This document shows positions 47,811-57,359 of a DNA stretch of 64,000 bases, piece after piece. The position numbers and the translations under genes were made by a program. The notes below the pieces were generated by a model. It was not told the DNA's origin and did not search any database. It worked only from the letters and a program-made list of their open reading frames with translations. The DNA lies in the IMG/VR virus record IMGVR_UViG_3300030102_006934, positions 62,001 through 126,000 of that record, one strand, 5' to 3'. Every line of letters starts with the position of its first letter. The stretch's first letter is position 1.

Positions 47811-50800
47811 ATGGGGGATAAAAAGGAAGAATTTAATTGGGTTAATGATATCTCAAGTGATTACTGGGACTACCATAACGTTTTAGTGTTTAATGATGCC
47901 ATTAGTTATGAAGAGTTCGATGATTTAATCTCTCACGCTTTATATTCCAAGTCACCTAAAAATTCACACCAATGGGGAGACGATGGGAAAAAAGAGGCTT
48001 GGAATTATTTAACCCACCTTGTAAAAAGTTATAGTGTGGGTTATCTTATTTGGGATAAACCATATTTATCCGTTTCAGCTCAACACAAGCTGAAACAAGG
48101 AGACCCAAAATTAGTAAATTATAAGGATATAGTTAATCAAAAACCAAAGTTAGATGAGTCTGATGAATTTAGTTGGGTTAGAGATGAGGTTGATAGTCCG
48201 ATTAGGTTTAGTGTAGGTGATAAAATAAGGGTTATTAATGTGGGTGATGTACAAACTTTCATCGATTTTTTGGGTACTGCTGGTGTATATTATCGTAAAG
48301 GTCTACTTGGAACTAATATTGAGGGTGAGATTATAGATGGTGGTAATGAATATTTATTCCCCTTAAGGGAGAAAAATAGGGGTAAAATAATTTTTTTACC
48401 ATGGTTAGACATGGTAGATTATTGGGCTGACTCCTACCCTGATTTGGATGTTAGGTATGAATTTATAGATGATGACTTAAACGAATCTAGTGATTTAGAT
48501 TGGATTAGAGATGTTGAACCGCCTAATTTAGATTTTAGTTTTGATGGTAAGGAACATTGGGTTGACGTTTCACAAATAGATAGAGAAGGTAGGAAAAAAA
48601 TTGTAAATTATATTAAAAAAACTGTTCCAAATTACGAAGAATTTGAAAGTGATCTGTTCGGTCATATATCTAGAGGTAATTATAAAGGAATTATTATTCA
48701 TTGTGGTTCTGATAGGACCTATTATGAACCTGAAGAAGGTTTATTATGTAGTGCAAATAGTAGTTACGAAGATGATTATAAAATAGACAACCCATACTCA
48801 GATATGCTAAAATCTGTTTATCTTGATGGCCAAGAAATATTAGATTATATTACTGTGACTGATGATGTTGATGAAGAATTAGATGAATCTTTGGAGTGGT
48901 CAGACAAGGACGCACCTTTTGATGAAAAAGATAAAAGTTTTGAATCAGACCCTAGTTGGAAGAATGATGAAGATTGGTCATTAAACCCCGAAAGGTCTTA
49001 TTGGAAACAAGGGGATACTGGGGGTTCTGGTGGTGGTGACGTGAATGAGTCCAATGAGTTAGAATGGATTTATGATATAAGACCCACATTAAAAGACGTT
49101 TTTGATGAAAATTTGATTGGGGTTGGGGATATTTTAACACTTTATGGGACATTGGAAGATGAAAATGGTTTGGAAGAACAACAGGTAGATGATTTTAAAG
49201 TAAAGATAGAGACTGTCTCAAATTCAGAAAGACCTCGATTAGTCTCTACTTACTTCAAACCATTACAAAAAAAATATTGGGGTTTCTTGGGTTATGATGG
49301 TACGGGAGATATAAGGTTCACTAAAAAAGATGGTAACTTACAGTTGGTGGATAGAATTAGTGGTAAAGGTTTGGTAGAAGGGTCTAATGACTGGGATTGG
49401 GTGGAAGATATACCAGGAACAAAAGAATTTGACCAAAAATATAGATATTTTGAAATTTTGGCTTGTTATGGTGTTGATTATGAATCTGAAGAGTGTGATG
49501 ATGAATATTCACATTATGTTAGAATACCCAAATATGAGGCTGATGAAATATGGGACCATTCGGTTGATTATTTCGCTGGAATTGCTGATGGTGATTCTTA
49601 TGATGTTATTATGTACGCAATACAAAATAGACTAATATCACACTTTGAAATCAACGAAATTGTTATGTTTGAGGGTGTTAGAGAGTTGGATAAAAATACT
49701 TATGATAAACTAACAGATTATAGAGATGACTTGCTTACAAATGAATCATATTTTATCAATGAAAAAAGTGATGACTTTGACTGGGTTAAGGATATAAAAC
49801 CCAATTGGGGTACTTATTATGGTGGTATAATAATGAAGGACATTGAGGGTCTACCTAAAAAATTAGAAGATGTAACAAGTGAAATGTTACTACCTATTTG
49901 GATGAAAATAGAAACTATTAATAGACAAATATTAACTAGAAAAAACAGAGATGATAAACATGGTGTGAGTGAGACGTTAATTGATTCTATGGATCAAATC
50001 GAGTGGCTGTTTGGTAGAATAATGGCTTTGGTTGATGGTGAAACCGATAGTTTAGTATCTTCCAGAATGGAACCACAGGAGTATTACAATTCAAGAAAAC
50101 TAACTATAATTAGTTACATAAAAGGCATGGCTCAACAATTAGAACTACTCGGTGAATCTAATGACTTTGGTTGGGTAGAAGATGTAACACCAAGGATGGA
50201 CGCTACCCTATTAAAACCTGGACAAAAATTCTATGACAAATGGGGTGGCGTTATAAGAGTGTTAGAGTACTTGGGTAGGGATGATTCTGAAGGTGAAGTT
50301 TGTTATGAACCCCCTTGTAGTTTATTAAGATTTAGGAAAATAAAAGACCCAAGTGGTTACATACCAATTCCTGGATTACCAGCTGATGACCCACAAAACA
50401 CAGATATGGTAATGAACCCAAACGATTTCGATAGTTACATTGAATCTGGTAAATTAAAGTTAGTTAGTAAACGTACAATGTATGAATCAAAAGATTTTGA
50501 TTGGGTTAGGGATGTTGAAACCGATAGAACTGACTCTAAGTATTATATAATAGATAGAAGAAGTTTCTCTGGGGTTCCTGAAAAACAAAAAGATGAGTGG
50601 TTTATGATAGAAATATTAGAAAATGACAAGTATGGCATTCATTGGAGACCTTACGCATGGAATTTGGTGAATGTTCATACTTGGAATCCAACCCATCGAG
50701 TTGGAAAAATGTCAAACGATGAATTTAAAAATTTATTAGGTTTAGGTTCAAAGGATAAACCTTACTGGTACCCTCATGATGGGGATTTGACTGACCTACC

Positions 50801-51575
50801 CAAAAATTACGACCATGGGTTGTTGTCTCAACTAAATACCCCCAAAAATCTTAGGGAGTCTGATGATGTTAGCCATTTTAATTGGGTTAAAAAGATCTCA
50901 AGTGACGACTATGAACCCCGTACTGGTGACCACATTGAAATTGTTAATCAAGGAAAACCACATTTATTTAAAAATTGGTTATCCCCCACTATTTGGATGG
51001 ATTATAACATGGGTAAAATAACTAACACAGATGGTAATATAGAGGGTGTAGTACAAAATGATTACCCAACTCAAAACGCTCAAGATAATTTTGTCGTCAA
51101 AATAAAAGGTACCAAAAATGAATATATTTTTCTACCTAAGAGATATAAAATAAAACAAATTAAAGAAAAAACTAGGGACCCTGAATGGCACGGTTTAGAC
51201 ATTATATATAGACCTATTGAATTAAGATCAGAATTAAAAGAGGATTCTAGTGACACCTCTGATTGGGACTGGGCTAAAAAGATTGAACCAAAATATACAA
51301 AAATAGCACCAAATATATATCAATATGGTAGTGGGAGTTTACCAAGGATAAAGGTTGTATTTAAAAGGGTAGTGGATGGTGAAATAAAAACCACCGCAAT
51401 AGAGTTTGACGATTATGAGTTTTTAGATAGTGAAGAATACATGAATAGGCATTTCATTTTAATGGGTGTTGATGATGAGGATAATGATTGGATAGTTGAT
51501 GGTATAGCTTATCTTATTGGTGGGGGTGAGTATGAGTGGGATGTTAATTGGGATTCTATAGAAAATAATGGTTAG
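47811..51575 (+). CDS. ~10-11 module FDW polyprotein
   Basis: Motif recurs about every 110-130 aa across 1254 aa. Confidence 0.8.
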   Translation: MGDKKEEFNWVNDISSDYWDYHNVLVFNDAISYEEFDDLISHALYSKSPKNSHQWGDDGKKEAWNYLTHLVKSYSVGYLIWDKPYLSVSAQHKLKQGDPKLVNYKDIVNQKPKLDESDEFSWVRDEVDSPIRFSVGDKIRVINVGDVQTFIDFLGTAGVYYRKGLLGTNIEGEIIDGGNEYLFPLREKNRGKIIFLPWLDMVDYWADSYPDLDVRYEFIDDDLNESSDLDWIRDVEPPNLDFSFDGKEHWVDVSQIDREGRKKIVNYIKKTVPNYEEFESDLFGHISRGNYKGIIIHCGSDRTYYEPEEGLLCSANSSYEDDYKIDNPYSDMLKSVYLDGQEILDYITVTDDVDEELDESLEWSDKDAPFDEKDKSFESDPSWKNDEDWSLNPERSYWKQGDTGGSGGGDVNESNELEWIYDIRPTLKDVFDENLIGVGDILTLYGTLEDENGLEEQQVDDFKVKIETVSNSERPRLVSTYFKPLQKKYWGFLGYDGTGDIRFTKKDGNLQLVDRISGKGLVEGSNDWDWVEDIPGTKEFDQKYRYFEILACYGVDYESEECDDEYSHYVRIPKYEADEIWDHSVDYFAGIADGDSYDVIMYAIQNRLISHFEINEIVMFEGVRELDKNTYDKLTDYRDDLLTNESYFINEKSDDFDWVKDIKPNWGTYYGGIIMKDIEGLPKKLEDVTSEMLLPIWMKIETINRQILTRKNRDDKHGVSETLIDSMDQIEWLFGRIMALVDGETDSLVSSRMEPQEYYNSRKLTIISYIKGMAQQLELLGESNDFGWVEDVTPRMDATLLKPGQKFYDKWGGVIRVLEYLGRDDSEGEVCYEPPCSLLRFRKIKDPSGYIPIPGLPADDPQNTDMVMNPNDFDSYIESGKLKLVSKRTMYESKDFDWVRDVETDRTDSKYYIIDRRSFSGVPEKQKDEWFMIEILENDKYGIHWRPYAWNLVNVHTWNPTHRVGKMSNDEFKNLLGLGSKDKPYWYPHDGDLTDLPKNYDHGLLSQLNTPKNLRESDDVSHFNWVKKISSDDYEPRTGDHIEIVNQGKPHLFKNWLSPTIWMDYNMGKITNTDGNIEGVVQNDYPTQNAQDNFVVKIKGTKNEYIFLPKRYKIKQIKEKTRDPEWHGLDIIYRPIELRSELKEDSSDTSDWDWAKKIEPKYTKIAPNIYQYGSGSLPRIKVVFKRVVDGEIKTTAIEFDDYEFLDSEEYMNRHFILMGVDDEDNDWIVDGIAYLIGGGEYEWDVNWDSIENNG

Positions 51576-51577
51576 TT

Positions 51578-52792
51578 ATGGAGATAAGAAAAATAATAAG
51601 GGAAGAATTAAATGATTTCGATTGGGTTAGGGATGTTGAACCTGAATTAACGCCAGAAACATTAGAATTAATCTATAATAAGCCATTTCACTTTCACCGT
51701 ACAGAAGATAGTGGACCAAATATGAAGAATGGTAAACCAACAGTCTACTGGGTGGATAGGAGGTTGAGTGAGTTAAAAAATACTAATAAGTCTTCTAAGA
51801 ACCCTATTGCGGATGATAGAGAGTTTTTTTTATGTTATAAAGAACCCCAAGGACCACACACACTTCACCAATGTAGTGAAATGTATGCTAAAACAATAAT
51901 CAGTTATATCAAAAGAAAACAACTTGTTCAACAGAAAGAATTATCAGATATTAAAGAATCTGAAATTTATTTAAATAAAATACTTAATAGGTTATCCTTA
52001 ATTAAAGAAGATGGTAAAAAACCAGACATGGAGTGGGATTTTACTAAGACTAATTTAGATAAATCTAAAAAATGGGTTAAAACAAAAGAAGATGTTAAAA
52101 AATATCTTTCACTCTTATTTGATAAATTAAAAAATTTACCTAGAAAAACTAAAATTAAAATAATTAAGTATGTTTTAACTTCTTTTATTGGTTTATTAAC
52201 AATAAGCCAATTACAAGATATTGTGGATGAGACCTCACCAGAGAAGATAGAAATTAAGAAACCAATAAAACAAGAACTTCCAACAGACAAGGATTCAACC
52301 AAAGTTATGAACACTCAAATAAATAAAATTAGAAAACCTAGTGAAGAGTTAACTACTTTTCTAAAAAAAGAAGAGGGGTACGTTGATAAAGGTTATAAGA
52401 TTGGTGATGGTAAAATAACGATTGGTTGGGGTCATGCTGAGGATATTGATGGTTCTAAATATACATTGGGTCAACAGATTGACACAACAGAAGCCGAAAC
52501 ATTATTAAGACAAGATATTAAAGAATCTTCAGATGCTTTAAACAGAATTTTAGATGATTGGGAAAGTAAGGGTATCAAGGTTGATATTACACAAGATATG
52601 TATAATGTGATGACATCTATGGTTTTTAATATGGGTATCGGTAACTTTAGAAATTCTGATTTTATCCAATTAGTTAAGGGTAATGAGTTGAGTAGAGCTA
52701 AGGAAAAAATAAAAACAACAAGTTCACACTTATTTGGTAAATTTCCAGGTCTTAAAAAAAGAAGAAAATTAGAATCAGATTTATTTAATTAA
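51578..52792 (+). CDS. leader + FDW module + C-terminal phage lysozyme (GH24-like) domain
   Basis: MEIRKIIREELNDFDW; KKEEG...YKIGDGKITIGWGH, SMVFNMG.GNF, PGL..RR..E..LF. Confidence 0.8.
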   Translation: MEIRKIIREELNDFDWVRDVEPELTPETLELIYNKPFHFHRTEDSGPNMKNGKPTVYWVDRRLSELKNTNKSSKNPIADDREFFLCYKEPQGPHTLHQCSEMYAKTIISYIKRKQLVQQKELSDIKESEIYLNKILNRLSLIKEDGKKPDMEWDFTKTNLDKSKKWVKTKEDVKKYLSLLFDKLKNLPRKTKIKIIKYVLTSFIGLLTISQLQDIVDETSPEKIEIKKPIKQELPTDKDSTKVMNTQINKIRKPSEELTTFLKKEEGYVDKGYKIGDGKITIGWGHAEDIDGSKYTLGQQIDTTEAETLLRQDIKESSDALNRILDDWESKGIKVDITQDMYNVMTSMVFNMGIGNFRNSDFIQLVKGNELSRAKEKIKTTSSHLFGKFPGLKKRRKLESDLFN

Positions 52793-53010
52793 AAATCGAA
52801 AGGTTTTATAAATTTTGGTGGGTTTATGTTACCAGCAAAGCTATTGAATTTGATATTACCTGCCGCTATACCACTTATTAATTTAGATTTTTTAATAATG
52901 AACCTACTACCATCAGATAAATCTAAGTCAATATCATCATTATTTATATCTGTTATAATAGCGTGATAACCATTATTATAACCTAAAACGTCACCTATTT
53001 TGAAAATCAT
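52789..53010 (-). CDS. small SH3-like hypothetical protein
   Basis: FKIGDVL. Confidence 0.5.
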   Translation of the reverse strand: MIFKIGDVLGYNNGYHAIITDINNDDIDLDLSDGSRFIIKKSKLISGIAAGNIKFNSFAGNINPPKFIKPFDF

Positions 53011-53013
53011 GAT

Positions 53014-53220
53014 TTATTTTAATATGTGTTTATCTAAAGAAAAAACTACTTTATCATCTAAATAAACCTTGTAACCATCCTTCACTAGGTCCCAACCAAA
53101 TTCCATCATCAAATATTTTACTTGTCTATCTAATTCTTTAGAAGCTTCAACCTCTTTTTCAAAAAAAGAAACATAGTTAGGACATTCACCAGTTTTATCC
53201 AATAAACAATATATATCCAT
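53014..53220 (-). CDS. small hypothetical protein
   Basis: ATG 53220 preferred. Confidence 0.45.
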   Translation of the reverse strand: MDIYCLLDKTGECPNYVSFFEKEVEASKELDRQVKYLMMEFGWDLVKDGYKVYLDDKVVFSLDKHILK

Positions 53221-53224
53221 TACT

Positions 53225-53686
53225 TTATTCGTTGAAAAAAAATGATATCGCTGGGAAATTACTCTCCTCATCGTTATTTAAACCACTCTGAGATATTGTT
53301 TCTGTTGCGTAGTATGTTTGACTAGACGTGACTACCTCTCTAGTAGATACTAATACATCGTCAACGTATACCTCCATAATAAACCAATAGTAGAGTTGCG
53401 GGTTAACAATAAACTTAACCTCATCACCACTTTTTAGTTGCCAAAATTCGTAATCCCACTCATAACCAGGTGTTATGTAGTCTTTGTAAATTCTAGGTGG
53501 ATCATTGTCGTAGTTAGGTGAACAACTAACCTCAATAAAATCTGAAGACCCTACTGGTGGAACTTCCATAAATGTTAGATGAAATCTAACTCTGTGAAAA
53601 TTATTGTCGTGTTTATCACAAGAAGAAGTGATTAAACTTAAGATTAATAATAGAAAGAGAAATAATTTGTTAAATAAAGTTTTCAT
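53225..53686 (-). CDS. lipoprotein
   Basis: Signal peptide with ITSS-C lipobox; TTTG..TATATTTG promoter. Confidence 0.65.
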   Translation of the reverse strand: MKTLFNKLFLFLLLILSLITSSCDKHDNNFHRVRFHLTFMEVPPVGSSDFIEVSCSPNYDNDPPRIYKDYITPGYEWDYEFWQLKSGDEVKFIVNPQLYYWFIMEVYVDDVLVSTREVVTSSQTYYATETISQSGLNNDEESNFPAISFFFNE

Positions 53687-53747
53687 TGTTTTTTGTTTTT
53701 TTCTATATACAAATATAGTGAATTATCATTAAGCCACCAAATCTAAA

Positions 53748-53951
53748 TTAAATATTTTTATCATGATAACCTTCGAATACTTCATTTATTTTTTCAGTGG
53801 ATATACCCCCATCTGTTATAGGTGTATCTAAAAGAATTTTCATAGTCTGAAAAGCCATTCCGAATTTACCCTCTTTCAACATATCACCCATCACTTTAAG
53901 TTTAAAATCTTCTGGTAAACCTAAAAACCATTGTTTTTCTTTAAATGTCAT
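53748..53951 (-). CDS. small hypothetical protein
   Basis: ORF. Confidence 0.5.
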   Translation of the reverse strand: MTFKEKQWFLGLPEDFKLKVMGDMLKEGKFGMAFQTMKILLDTPITDGGISTEKINEVFEGYHDKNI

Positions 53952-53977
53952 ATCCTATATTTTTATATAAATATAAA

Positions 53978-54018
53978 TAAAAAAACTCATTCTCCAAAAG
54001 AAAATGAGTTTTTTTTTT
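53978..54018. terminator. bidirectional terminator hairpin
   Basis: A-run-CTCATT...AATGAG-T-run. Confidence 0.65.
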
Positions 54019-54019
54019 A

Positions 54020-54153
54020 CTTGGGGGAGGGTATCTAACCCTCCACAGCTTCTCTTCGTGATTAATACTTCTAAAAAGATCTTCAATATTAACCCTTATT
54101 ACCCGAAACCAACCTACTCGTCAGTAGGTCGCATATACTTTTCGCCACCCAAG
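54020..54153 (-). ncRNA. tRNA-like RNA with ~65-nt extended variable arm
   Basis: CTTGGG/CCCAAG acceptor-like stem, TGGCGAAAAGTATATGC D-arm-like, GACCTAC/GTAGGTT stem, GGAGGG-TTAGATA-CCCTCC T-arm-like; TTGACT..TATTAT upstream and terminator downstream. Confidence 0.55.
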
Positions 54154-54196
54154 ATTACTTAATAATAATAATAATAATAAAACTATTAGTCAACAC

Positions 54197-54580
54197 TTAC
54201 TCACTAAAATTAAATTTCTTTAGACATTTACCATTTAAAGATAATCCTATCATTTGGTTCTTTAAATTTTCCGTCTCTTCTAAGACAGCCTTTTTTGTCC
54301 ATACTTCACGTGTATCCATTAAATGACGAGTATCGAAACCAATTACCCACCCCCCTTTTAACTCTTCATTAGTAAAGTTACCTTCATTTATGTTGGGTCT
54401 CAAATCGAAAAATATCTCGTAAGTTCTACTAAAGGTTAATCCACCATGGACGTAAACTGGTATTTCATCGTATTCCACACCCCACATTGGATGGTCTTTA
54501 AAAATGATTACGTACCCATTACCCCATCCTTGTTTATTCCAATCGTTTTCTAAGACAAATGATAAAATTTTAATTTTCAT
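54197..54580 (-). CDS. conserved phage hypothetical protein
   Basis: GWGNGYV...HP..G...VHGGLTF...W.IGFDT.H motif. Confidence 0.7.
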   Translation of the reverse strand: MKIKILSFVLENDWNKQGWGNGYVIIFKDHPMWGVEYDEIPVYVHGGLTFSRTYEIFFDLRPNINEGNFTNEELKGGWVIGFDTRHLMDTREVWTKKAVLEETENLKNQMIGLSLNGKCLKKFNFSE

Positions 54581-54642
54581 AATACAAATATACTACAATT
54601 TTTTATGTAAAACAAGATATTTATGAATATATAAAACATGGG

Positions 54643-57348
54643 ATGTTAAAAAAAGTTACTTTACCTAAAAATATTAATTTTTTAAAGGAGTCGGAATTTG
54701 ATTTTGTTGACGATAAAACCAACAACCCTTTAGATGGTGTTAAGTTTACTATGAATAAATCACCAATAAAAGGTGACGAGAAAAACATTTACTATATAAT
54801 AGATGACGGTGGCTTATTTGTTAAAATAAAATGGTACGGTGGTGGTTATTTAAAAAGAACCTTTAAGAGAGATAGGGTAATGGATTTATTTAAAAGAGGG
54901 GTTTGGGAACCTTATTTTGAACCTACTAAGAACATTAATGAATCAGAAAATGGTGACTTTGATTGGATAAAAGATACTACCCCAAAAGAGATAGACAACT
55001 ATTATAAAGTTGTTTTGGATTTTTTTGATTGGAGTAGGAAATATAAAGGTTACAGTTATAGTGCAAATGATGTAGGTGTTGTAGAGTGGTACATACCAAT
55101 AGTTGATTTTCCATATCCGTTTCATGACTATTATTTTTACGCAACCCCTTATTGGGAGGGTAATGGTGTTATGAATGTTACCGCTGTGGATGAACAAGGC
55201 CACGAAATAGAGTTACACACAATACCATTACCTAAATTTAAATACGAAGAACAACTAAAAGAATGGTTAACGTCAGAGTACCCAAAAATAGTTTACGAAG
55301 AAATAAAACATTTTGAAGACACTCGGCAATATAGTGGTGATACTTTAACCGAAACCAAAGATTTACAGTGGATAAAAGATGTGGGTACCAATAGAATCGA
55401 TTTGGTTAAAAAAATAAAAGAGACGTTATCTAATCATGGTGTTGAGGTAGAATGGGAAAGGGACCACTTGGCTTATAACCAAGAAGACACAGATGGTACT
55501 AGGGGTGAGGTTTTTGCTAAATTTTTCTATGATGCTGGTGATAGACAGTTTTTTATTGAACTTATAGAATCGGAAAATGATTTATATGGTTTTTATGTTT
55601 ATGAATATAATGAACAATATGACACTTATTATGTAAACGCTAATTATAATTCCCTTGGTATACCTAGGGAATCAGATGAAACTTGGCGTCATGTGTGTTG
55701 GACGGTTCTAAATCAAATGGATGCTTTTCCAAAAAAAGATAAGGTTGGTGATTTAGCAGATTATTTAAAAGAATCTGATGATTTCGAATGGGTTAGAGAT
55801 TACAAAGATGTTTTTGATAAAAACAAAAACTACGCTCTATACGTGGGTAAAATTAATATTGATGACATGACTTTACCGCCAAGGGAAAATCCGAATAACA
55901 AATCAATATACATTCATAAATTAAATAAACAGGTGAAGTTTATTCTTAGTTTAATACATCAGTTTGAAGATATGGGTTATGATATAAGGGAGTTAGATAG
56001 AGAGATTGCCATCCCCTCAAACCAAAGAGTTTCTTGGATATACATAAACGGTAAAGAAAGTAAATCTGGAAAACCAATGTCGTTAGAGTTTGATGACATA
56101 CCCCCTGGAGACCCAACCTATGATGGTCAATATGAGATTATTGATAATTTTAAAGACTTTTATTTTTTAATTACTAATGAAGTTATTAAAGAGTCCGATA
56201 ATTTGGATTGGATTAGGGATATTAAATCACAAGGTTTTGAAAAAAGTAAAAGTTATGTTGTTGATGTTAGTAACTTAATGGTAGATACACCAATGTCTGT
56301 TTCCCCTACTTCTGAGGAATACACTAAATTAACAAGAGCAGATGTTCTAGACAAATTTAAAGCGTTAGGTTATAATGTTGATGATATTTCTGTTGCTGAC
56401 GCTGATTATCTATATATTGAACCTAACGATGAAGCTGGTTATTGGGATGATACTGTTTGGGTTAAGCAAACTCATTGGGTAGACTATGATATGGAACACA
56501 ACACACCCGACCCAACTTATAATGGCAAGTACGAAATGATAGATGTTAATGACCTTATGTTTTTACTTGATAATAAATTTATTAGTGAATCTAAATCAAT
56601 AACTGAAGTAGCGGGTATTTCATTTGAATCAAGGGAATGGGCTAAAATAATAAATGACAAAATATTAAAAAACCCAAATGAAAAAGAGAGGTTGATTATT
56701 GATGGTTACGATTATCCAGAAGCCTTTAAGAGTTTCCCAATAGACTATATTGTGATTGATTTTTACGATAAGTTAACTGGTTATGCTCAAGAACACTCTG
56801 GTTATGATAAAGATGGTAACTATGTTGTACTATTATATATACAACCTAAAGTAATTAGTGGTACTGGTGGGTTTAACCTAAGAACAGTACTTAATCATGA
56901 AATGAAACACGCATGGGACGATTATAACAGGCTTTCTAAAGGCCAACCTAGTATTGATAAGAATAAGGAAAACAGGGAGTTGTATAACAAAGATTTTATA
57001 TTAATGTTATCAGATAAAAATGTTCGTGGACCCATAAAAGAAATCTTAAAATATTATTATTATTTATCTGAACTAGAGAAGACGGCTTACCTAGAAAATG
57101 TTTATGATGGTAATTTAAATTACGAAAAAATAATAAGGGATATATCTAGTAAAGACTTCGAACCTTTTAAAGAAAGATTTGATTTGGATATTAATTGGCA
57201 TTTAATGAATACGGCTTACGATATACCATTCTTGAAGAAATTTAAATCCCCAATAGAATTTATTGATTATAGTTCTGAGGAATTAAGGTCAAAAGCGGTT
57301 GATATGATTAAGAAAATCAACAAAATGAAATATATTCATAATAAATAA
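54643..57348 (+). CDS. five-module FDW polyprotein with C-terminal HExxH metallopeptidase-like domain
   Basis: LKESEFDF; INESENGDFDWIKD; LTETKDLQWIKD; LKESDDFEWVRD; IKESDNLDWIRD; LNHEMKHAWD...E..AY. Confidence 0.78.
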   Translation: MLKKVTLPKNINFLKESEFDFVDDKTNNPLDGVKFTMNKSPIKGDEKNIYYIIDDGGLFVKIKWYGGGYLKRTFKRDRVMDLFKRGVWEPYFEPTKNINESENGDFDWIKDTTPKEIDNYYKVVLDFFDWSRKYKGYSYSANDVGVVEWYIPIVDFPYPFHDYYFYATPYWEGNGVMNVTAVDEQGHEIELHTIPLPKFKYEEQLKEWLTSEYPKIVYEEIKHFEDTRQYSGDTLTETKDLQWIKDVGTNRIDLVKKIKETLSNHGVEVEWERDHLAYNQEDTDGTRGEVFAKFFYDAGDRQFFIELIESENDLYGFYVYEYNEQYDTYYVNANYNSLGIPRESDETWRHVCWTVLNQMDAFPKKDKVGDLADYLKESDDFEWVRDYKDVFDKNKNYALYVGKINIDDMTLPPRENPNNKSIYIHKLNKQVKFILSLIHQFEDMGYDIRELDREIAIPSNQRVSWIYINGKESKSGKPMSLEFDDIPPGDPTYDGQYEIIDNFKDFYFLITNEVIKESDNLDWIRDIKSQGFEKSKSYVVDVSNLMVDTPMSVSPTSEEYTKLTRADVLDKFKALGYNVDDISVADADYLYIEPNDEAGYWDDTVWVKQTHWVDYDMEHNTPDPTYNGKYEMIDVNDLMFLLDNKFISESKSITEVAGISFESREWAKIINDKILKNPNEKERLIIDGYDYPEAFKSFPIDYIVIDFYDKLTGYAQEHSGYDKDGNYVVLLYIQPKVISGTGGFNLRTVLNHEMKHAWDDYNRLSKGQPSIDKNKENRELYNKDFILMLSDKNVRGPIKEILKYYYYLSELEKTAYLENVYDGNLNYEKIIRDISSKDFEPFKERFDLDINWHLMNTAYDIPFLKKFKSPIEFIDYSSEELRSKAVDMIKKINKMKYIHNK

Positions 57349-57359
57349 AATAACCCCAC

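Noticed and set aside
47807-47813. Readthrough or frameshift joining 46340 and 47811 into one polyprotein
   Set aside because: 47811 lacks the leader, but frames differ, the stop is TAA and I saw no slippery site with a stimulatory structure; simple translational coupling suffices.
54105-54150. Hammerhead ribozyme (CTGACGA and CGAAA on the minus strand)
   Set aside because: CTGACGA is closed inside its own hairpin and the three-way junction geometry does not fit; a tRNA-like fold explains the region better.
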